From Chrysomallon squamiferum (taxonomy: Eukaryota; Animalia; Mollusca), in assembly GCA_012295275.1 (NCBI GenBank), contig CM022673.1:20212001-20276000 (forward strand): a stretch of DNA of 64,000 nt, in the 5' to 3' direction. The notes under the pieces are model-generated. The model worked only from the letters and a program-made list of their open reading frames with translations, was not told where the DNA came from and ran no database searches. Of this stretch, positions 56,010 to 64,000 are shown one piece after another. The position numbers and the translations under genes were made by a program. How positions within the stretch are numbered: position 1 is the stretch's first letter; the number at the start of each line of letters is the position of its first letter.

Positions 56010-59000
56010 GTGATTTCTTTTCATTCATAATCCTATGTTCTTTATTTAGCAGATGAAGAACATTATCTGCAAATGAAAGCTCTCAGATGTGACCAAAATA
56101 TTAGGATGGCTTCCCGAAGTGAAAATTATTTTTGATTTGTAATTACTCATGTAAGACTTAGTTGTAATAATAATAATAATAATAATAACAATAATAATAA
56201 TAGCAGTAGTAGTAGTAGATGTAGTAGTAGCAGCAGTAGTAGTAATAGTAGTAATTATAATGATAAAAATAATCATAATAATAGAATGTGAAAAAGATTC
56301 TATGGAAAGAACTAAATTATAATCTTAAATTATTCAGGACTTGTTAGTCTAAAACATGATAATTTTGACATGTTCAGCATGAAAATATTTTTTTACTCTT
56401 AATTGTTTATTCATAATTATGTTTTTATATCATCTAAAATTTCATACATTGCTTCTTCATGTTTCAGAATCAGCAGTAAACAGTGCCTCAGAAACTGGAA
56501 GATTCAACTGAGGATTTACTGGAGAGAATTTGACATCTACAGTATCAGGTACAGAAACAAAACTATTTTCTAGAAGTAATGATGCAATAAATATTTACTT
56601 AAATTAAGATGAATAAATAAAAGGAAACTAAATAACAAAAATAACTCATCTGTCAACTAAAACTATACTTGTAGAAACTTGTATAGTTAAAATAAACAAA
56701 ATTAATTTCCTTTGTTAACAGCCATTATATATGATTGAATATAGAAAGAGTATTTAAATTTTTCATAGGATCACCAAACAGTAGTTTCCTTTGAAAACGT
56801 GAGCATTCAATTATTTAGTCAACAGGATTAAGTTTATGGAAAATTCGAAAAACATTAGAAGTCAGCTAGATGACATACACTTCATAACACACATAAAACA
56901 GACTGATACCATGTAGATCACATATAGTAAATCTAGAATCACAACATAAACCACATACACTAGTCATACTTGTAATCAAAATAAATCAAACACACCACAC
57001 TCACACAGGAACCCCACTAGCTGGAACAAATACTTCTCTTCACTGTAAGTTTTCCTCAAGTGCAAAGCATTCATCCTTTAGCTCTTGAGGCCACACTTCT
57101 TTCCTCTTGGTTCTGGTAATTGGGACAGAGATACCAGTAACACACAGTGCAGAATTTATGTAATTTGTTTTCATTCGTTATCCTATGTTCTTTTTTAGCA
57201 GGTGAAGAACATTATCTGGAAAAGAAAGCTTTCAGATGTGACCAAAATATTAGAAAGATGGCTTGCCTAAGTGAAAATGATTTTTTATTTGTAATTACTC
57301 AAGTAAGACTTGATAAAAATATAATAATAAAAATGCTAGAAGTAGTAGTAGTCGTGATTGTAATGATAATAATAATCACAATAATAAAAAAAACTTTCTA
57401 TGGAGTGAACTAAATTATAAATCTTAACTATTCATAACTATTCAGAACATCTTAAATGTGACATGTTCAGTATGAAAATATTTGTTTATTATTCTTATTT
57501 GTTTATTCATAATTATGTTTTTATATCATCTAAAATTTCATACATTGCTTCTTCATCTTTCAGAATCAGCAGTTAACAGTGCCTCGGAAACTGGAAGATT
57601 CAACTGAGGATTTACTGGAGAGAATTTGACATCTGCAGCATCAGGTACAGAAACAAAATTTCTTTCTTAAAGTAATGATGCAATAAATACTGAGTTAAAT
57701 TAAGATGAATAACTAAAAGGAAACGAAATAACAAAAATAACTCATCTGTCAACTAAAACAAAATAACAAAAATGTCATCTGTCAACTAAAATTGTATTCT
57801 TGTAGAATCTTATATCGTTACAAACAAAATAAATTTTCTTTATTAACAGTAATTATACATGACTGAATATAGACAGAATATTTAAATTTGTAACAGATCA
57901 CCAAACAGTAGTTTTCTTTCAAAACTGGAGCATTAATTTATTAAATCAACAGGATTAAGTTTACGGAAGAATCAAAAAACGATACAAATCAGTTAGACCA
58001 CCTACACTTCATAACAGACATATACCAGCCTGACACTATGTATATCAATAGAATTCTAGAATCACAACATAAACCAAACACACCAGTCATACTTGAAAAC
58101 AAAACAAATCAAACACACCACACTCTCACAGGAAAACGACTAGCTACAACAAATACTTCTCTACACTGAGAGTTTTCCGTAAGTGCAAAACATTCATCCT
58201 TTAGCTCTTAAGGCCACACTTTCTTTCCTCTGCTTCTGGTAACAAGTGAAAATGATTTTTGATTTATAATTACTCATGTAAGGCATAATAAAAATATTAT
58301 ATAATAACAGTTGTAGCAATAGTAATAATTATGATTCTAATGATAATAATAATCATAATAATAAAAAGGTTTCTACGGAGAGAAGTAAATTATATCTTAG
58401 CTATTCAACAATTGTTCTAGTAGAACATGTTAAACTTAAAGGTCTTTTTTATTATTATTCTTATTTGGCAACTAAAACTTTATTCTTCTAGAAACTTGAT
58501 AGTTACAAAAAAACACTAAATTAATTTCCTTTACTAACAGTAATTACACATAAGTGACTATAGACAGAGTATTTAAATTTTTCATAGGATCCCCAAACAG
58601 TAGTTTCCTTTGCATTCATTTGTTAAGTCAACAGGATTAAGTTCTACTGAAGAATCAAAAAACAATACAAATCTGCTAGACCACATTCACTTCATCACAC
58701 AAATAAAACAGCATGACACCATGTATATCACATATCCTAAATCTAGAATCACAACATAAACCACATACACCAGTCTTATTAAAAACAAAACAAATAAAAT
58801 ACACCACATGGAACCCCACTAGCTGAAACAAATACTTCTTTACAAAAGATTTCCTTAAGTACAAAACATTCATGCTTCAGGTCTTAAGGCCACACTTCTT
58901 GCCTTTGTTTCTGGTAACAAGGATGGCTTGCATAAGTGAAAATTATTTTTGATTTAAAATTACTCATCCAAGAATTAATAAAAATATTATAGTAATAACA

Positions 59001-59160
59001 GAAGTAGCAGTAGTAGTGGTCGTGATTGTAATGATAATAATAATCATAAGTTTCTCTGGAGAGAACTAAATTATAAATCTTATTTATTTATTCTTCTTGT
59101 AAAACACGTTAAACTTGACATGTTCCGTATAAAAATGTCTTTTATATTATTCTTAATAAC
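56010..59160 (+). repeat. ~1.1-kb tandem segmental repeat (2 full copies plus partial copies) carrying exon-like cassettes
   Basis: AG...GT bounded cassettes at 56053-56150/57202-57302 and 56468-56548/57564-57644, with a related acceptor at 54739-54740. The shared intronic block (atctagaatcacaacataaacc, aggccacact) occurs three times. Confidence 0.85.
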
Positions 59161-59169
59161 TATGTCAAA

Positions 59170-62100
59170 AGAAATACTGACATTTCTAAGGTTTGTTTTT
59201 ACAGGATCAGAAGAGGAAAATGAAGAGGAGAATCTACGCATGCATCTTCTGCTTAAGAATGGTGCAGGAGAAGGACATCACCTAAATGGTAAACAGAAAT
59301 GCTTTGTGAAGAACAAACGAACAAAAAGTGCAAAATAAAAATATTAGCTCTACAAAAAGTATTTATAAAATGAAATAAATTAATAGTAATAAAAATAATA
59401 ATATTAATGGTACTGATGATGACAATAACAAAGGTAACAAGAAGAAAAACAATGATTACATCAACGTGATCATCATCATCATCATTAAAGAAAATAATAA
59501 GAATGATGATAGTAATGAGGGTAACACCAGTAATGATGGAATTAGTTTTGTACTATTTTAAAGTTTGTTTAAAGATATACTGACATTTCTGCAGTTTGTT
59601 TTCTCAGGATGAGAAGAGGAAAATGAAGAGGAGAATCTACACATGCATCTTCTCCTTAAGAATGGTGCAGGAGAAGGACATCACCTAAATGGTGAAGATG
59701 GTTACCAGTACATTTTGTGAACAACAAATTAATAAAAAGCAAAATATAAAAATATTTCCTTTATAAAAAGTAATTAAAAAAAATGAAATAAATTAATAGT
59801 AATAAAAATAACAATAGTAATAGAACTGATAATGACAATAATGAAGTTATCAACAACAATAATAACAATGAGATCAGTATGATTATCATCATCATCATCA
59901 TCATGAAAGAGAATAATAAGAATGATCATGATGATGATAGCAATGAGGGTAACACTAGTAATGATGGAATTCATTTTGTATTTGTTTTAAAGTTTGTTAA
60001 TTGAAATACTAACATTTCTGCGGTTTGTTTTCTCAGGATGAAAAGAGGAAAATGAAGAGGAGAATCTACGCATGCATCTTCTGCTTAAGAATGGTGCATG
60101 AGAAGGACATCACCTAAATGGTAAACAGCAGTGCCAGTACATTTTTAGAAGATAAAATTAATAAAATGGAAAATAATATTATTTTCTTTACAAAAAGTAA
60201 TTAAAATAAAAGTAAAGAAATTAATAGTGATAATGACAGTATTAAATTTAATTAAAAACATCATCATCATCATCATGAAAGAGAATTTAAGAAGAATGAT
60301 ATGATTGAAACAGTAAGAGTAATACTAGTAATGACGAAATTCATTTTGTACTGTTTTAAACTTTGTTAAAAGATATACTAACATTTCTGCGGTTTGTTTT
60401 CACAGGATGAGAAGAGGAAAATGAAGAGGACAATCTATGCATGCATCTTCTGCTTAAGAATGGTGCATGAGAAGGACATCACCTAAATGGTAAAAAGAAA
60501 TGACTGTACATTTCTTGAAGAACAAATTGATAAAGACTGAAAATTTAAAATATTTGCTTCTTAAAAAGTAATTAAGCTCAAATGAAATAAATTAATTTAA
60601 ATAAAGGTAATAATTTTTACAATAATAATCAAAAGAGTAATAGTTATAATATTGAGGATGACAATAATGATGTTAACAAGAAGAATAACAACGATGACAT
60701 CAACGTTATCATCATCATCTTCATTAAAGAGAATATTAAGAATTATTATGGTAATGATAGTAATGAGGGTAACTCTGGTAATGATGAAATTAATTTTGTA
60801 TTTGTTTTAAAGTTTGTGAAATGAAATACTGACATTTCTGCGGTTTGTTTTCACAGGATGAAAAGAGAAAAATGAAGAGGAGAATCTACGCATGCATCTT
60901 CTGCTTAAGAATGGTGCAGGAGAAGGACATCACCTAAATTGTAAACAGAAATGACTGTACATTTTTTGAAAATGAAATTAATAAAATGGAAAAATAATAG
61001 TACTTTCTTTACAAAAAGTAATTAAAATAAAAGGAAACAAATTAATAGTAATAATATTATTAAAAGAAGAGGAAAATGAAGACAGGAATATACAGCTGAA
61101 GTCAGGAATAGGTTTTTAATTTTTGGGGGTTTGCCACCATTTGGGTGGGCGTGTATTTATTTTAACGTAGGCATCAGACTCTTAATACTGATGTCTACAC
61201 ATGCATGTTCTGCTTTATAATCCGTAGATCTCACAGGTGAAGAAGGTGAAAGAGTGCTGCAGGAGAGAGACATCATCTGAATGGTAAAGAGAAATGCCTG
61301 TACATTTTTTGAAAAAGCCTAATAAAAAAGAAAAGTATTGGCTTCATAAAAAGTAATTAAAGGGAGTGAGATGAGATAAAACAAAGTAAAAGAAAGTGAT
61401 GGTAACAACAACAACAACAATAGTAAAAACAATAATGGCAGTACTGAAAATGTGAATAATAATGGTAATAACAACAAAAACAACAACATAATCACCAACA
61501 TATTCATCATCAAAGTGAATAAGTGTTATATGATGATGATAATAGAAAGGGTAACACTAGTAATGAATTATCTTTTCACTTGATTTAAAGTTTGTAAAAT
61601 GAAATACTGACATTCCTACAGTTTGTTTTCCCAGTAGCACAAGAGGCAAATGAAGACCAGAATCCACAGATGAAGCCAGGAATGGATTTTTCATTTTCCT
61701 TCAATTTCTGGCATTTGAGTTGCACTTTATGCATTTTAACATAGACAAACTGATGTCTGCACATGCATCTTTTGCTTAAGAATGCTGCAGGAGAAAGAGA
61801 TCACCTAAATGGTAAACAGACATACTTGTACATTTTGTGAACAACAAATTAATAAAAAGCGAAAAATAAAAATAGTTCCTTTAGAAAAAGTAATTAAAAT
61901 AAAAGGAAATACATTAATAGTAATAAAAATAACAATAGAAATGGTACTCATAATGACAATAATGAAGTTATCAAAAACAATAACAACGATGAGATCAATA
62001 TCATCAATATCAAAGATAATCATCAAAGAGAATAATAAGAATGACGATAGTAATGAGGGTAACACTAGAAATGATGGAATTAATTTTGTATTTTTTAAAG

Positions 62101-64000
62101 TTTGTTAAAAGATATATTGACATTTCTGCGGTTTGTTTTCTCAGGATGAGAAGAGGAAAATGAAGAGGAGAATCTACACATGCATCTTCTGTTTAAGAAT
62201 GGTGCAGGAGAAGGACATCACCTAAATTGTAAACAGAAATGCCTGTACATTTTGTGAAGAACAAATTGATAAAAACTGAAAAATAAGAATATTTCCTTTA
62301 CAAAAAGTGATTAAAATAAAATGAAATAAATTAATAGTAATAAAAATAATAATAGTAATAGTACTGATAATGACAATAATGATGTTATCAACAACAATAA
62401 CAAAGATGAGTTCAATATGATCACCATCATCATCATGAAAGAGAATAAGAATTATCATGATGATGATAGTAATGATGAAATTCATTTCGTATTTGTTTTA
62501 AAGTTTGTTAACTGAAATATTGACATTTCTACATATTGTTTTCAAACAATCAGAAGAGGAAAATAAAGAGGAGAACCTACACATGCATCTTCTGCTTAAG
62601 AATGGTGCATGAGAAGGACATCACCTAAATGGTAAAAAGAAATGACTGTACATTTCTTGAAGAACAAATTGATAAAGACTGAAAATTTAAAATATTTGCT
62701 TCTTAAAAAGTAATTAAGCTCAAATGAAATAAATTAATTTAAATAAACTTAATAACTTTTACAATAATAATCAAAACAGTAATAGTGATTATCTTGATGA
62801 TGACAACAATGATGTTAACAAGAGGAATAACAAGGATGACACCAACGTGATCATCATCATCTTCATTAAAGAGAATATTAAAGAATTATTGTGGTAATGA
62901 TAGTAATGAGGATAACACTAGTAATGATCAAATTAGTTTTGTTTTCGTTTTAAAGTTTGTTAAATGAAATACTGACATTTCTGCAGTTTATTTACTCAGG
63001 ATGAGAAGAGGAAACTGAAGAGGAGAATCTACAAATGCACCTTCTGCTTAAGAATGGTGCATGAGAAGGACATCACCTAAATTGTAAACAGAAATGACTG
63101 TACATTTTGTGAAGAACAAACTGATAAAACTGAAAAATAAAAATATATCTCTCGAGAAAGTAATTAACCTCAAATGAAATAAATTAATTTAAATAACGGT
63201 AATAATTTTTACAATCACATTCAGTGCAGTAATAGCGATCGTATTGATGTTGACAATAATGACGTTAACAAGAAGAATAACAATGATGATCATCATCGTC
63301 AAAGAGAATAATAAGAATTATGCTGATGATGATAGTAATGAGGGTAACACTAGTAATGATGAAATTCATTTTGTACTGTTTTAAACTTTGTTAAAAGATA
63401 TACTGACATTTCTGCGGTTTGTTTTCACAGGATCAGAAGTGGAAAATGAAGAGGAGAATCTACATATGCATCTTCTGCTTAAGAATGGTGCAGGAGAAGG
63501 ACATCACCTAAATTGTAAACAGAAATGACTGTACATTTTTTGAAAATGAAATTAATAAAATGGAAAAATAATAGTATTTTCTTTACAAAAAGTAATTAAA
63601 ATAAAAGGAAACAAATTAATAGTAATAATATTATTAAAAGAAGAGGAAACTGAAGACAGGAATATACAGCTGAAGTCAGGAATAGGTTTTTAATTTTTGG
63701 GGGTTTGCCACCGTTTGGGTGGGCGTGTATTTATTTTAACGTAGGCATCAGACTCTTAATACTGATGTCTACACATGCATGTTCTGCTTTATTATCCGTA
63801 GATCTCACAGGTGAAGAAGGTGAAAGAGTGCTGCAGGAGAGAGACATCATCTGAATGGTAAAGAGAAATGCCTGTACATTTTTTGAAAAAGATTAACAAA
63901 AAAGAAAAGTATTGGCTTCATAAAAATTAATTAAAACAAGTGAGATAAGATAAAATAAAATAAAATAAAGTGATAATAACAACAACAATAGTAAATGGAA
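59170..64000 (+). ncRNA. Tandem array of 84-nt exon-like cassettes (candidate repeat-exon lncRNA or dead repetitive-protein gene); runs off the window end
   Basis: Cassettes at 59205-59288, 59608-59691, 60037-60120, 60406-60489, 60857-60940, 62145-62228, ~62548-62631 (acceptor lost), 63000-63083 and 63431-63514; variants at 61237-61283, 61635-61811 and 63811-63857. Most are preceded by TACTRAC plus a pyrimidine tract and CAG, and followed by GTAAA. The repeat is certain; the ncRNA reading is inferred. Confidence 0.55.

Noticed and set aside
59205-59288. C2H2 zinc-finger reading (YACIFC) of the cassette in phase 0
   Set aside because: No His pair follows, and an invariant TAA closes the frame.
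59774-62485. Ile-rich hydrophobic minus-strand ORFs
   Set aside because: Products of AAT/CAT simple repeats in the spacers.

Overview
AT-rich, microsatellite-rich eukaryotic DNA from an invertebrate animal (mollusc-like, but the taxon cannot be fixed from sequence alone). The left half (491-30640, + strand) holds 42 hand-assembled exons, about 2,100 codons with consistent splice phases; the 5' end lies outside the window. They encode a giant thrombospondin-superfamily protein resembling mega-thrombospondin: LRRs+LRRCT, FN3, PA14/fibro-slime, cadherin repeats, discoidin, Cys-rich repeats, 4 EGF, type-3 repeats with RGD, TSP C-terminal L-lectin and LamG/pentraxin-like. Its introns contain a decayed I-group LINE, a MULE remnant, a Tc1/mariner MITE, an inverted repeat pair and a minisatellite derived from a splice junction. 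The right half has no recognisable intact protein gene. It contains Tc1 and Gmr1-like gypsy relics, three tandem arrays (57 bp, modular, 69 bp), two divergent decayed Cys-rich paralogous exons and several fold-back sequences. From about 54.7 kb to the window end runs a tandem array of exon-like cassettes with conserved branch point, acceptor, donor and an internal stem-loop but no shared open frame. This candidate repeat-exon lncRNA is the most unusual element here. All calls are by manual reading; no database searches or folding programs were run.
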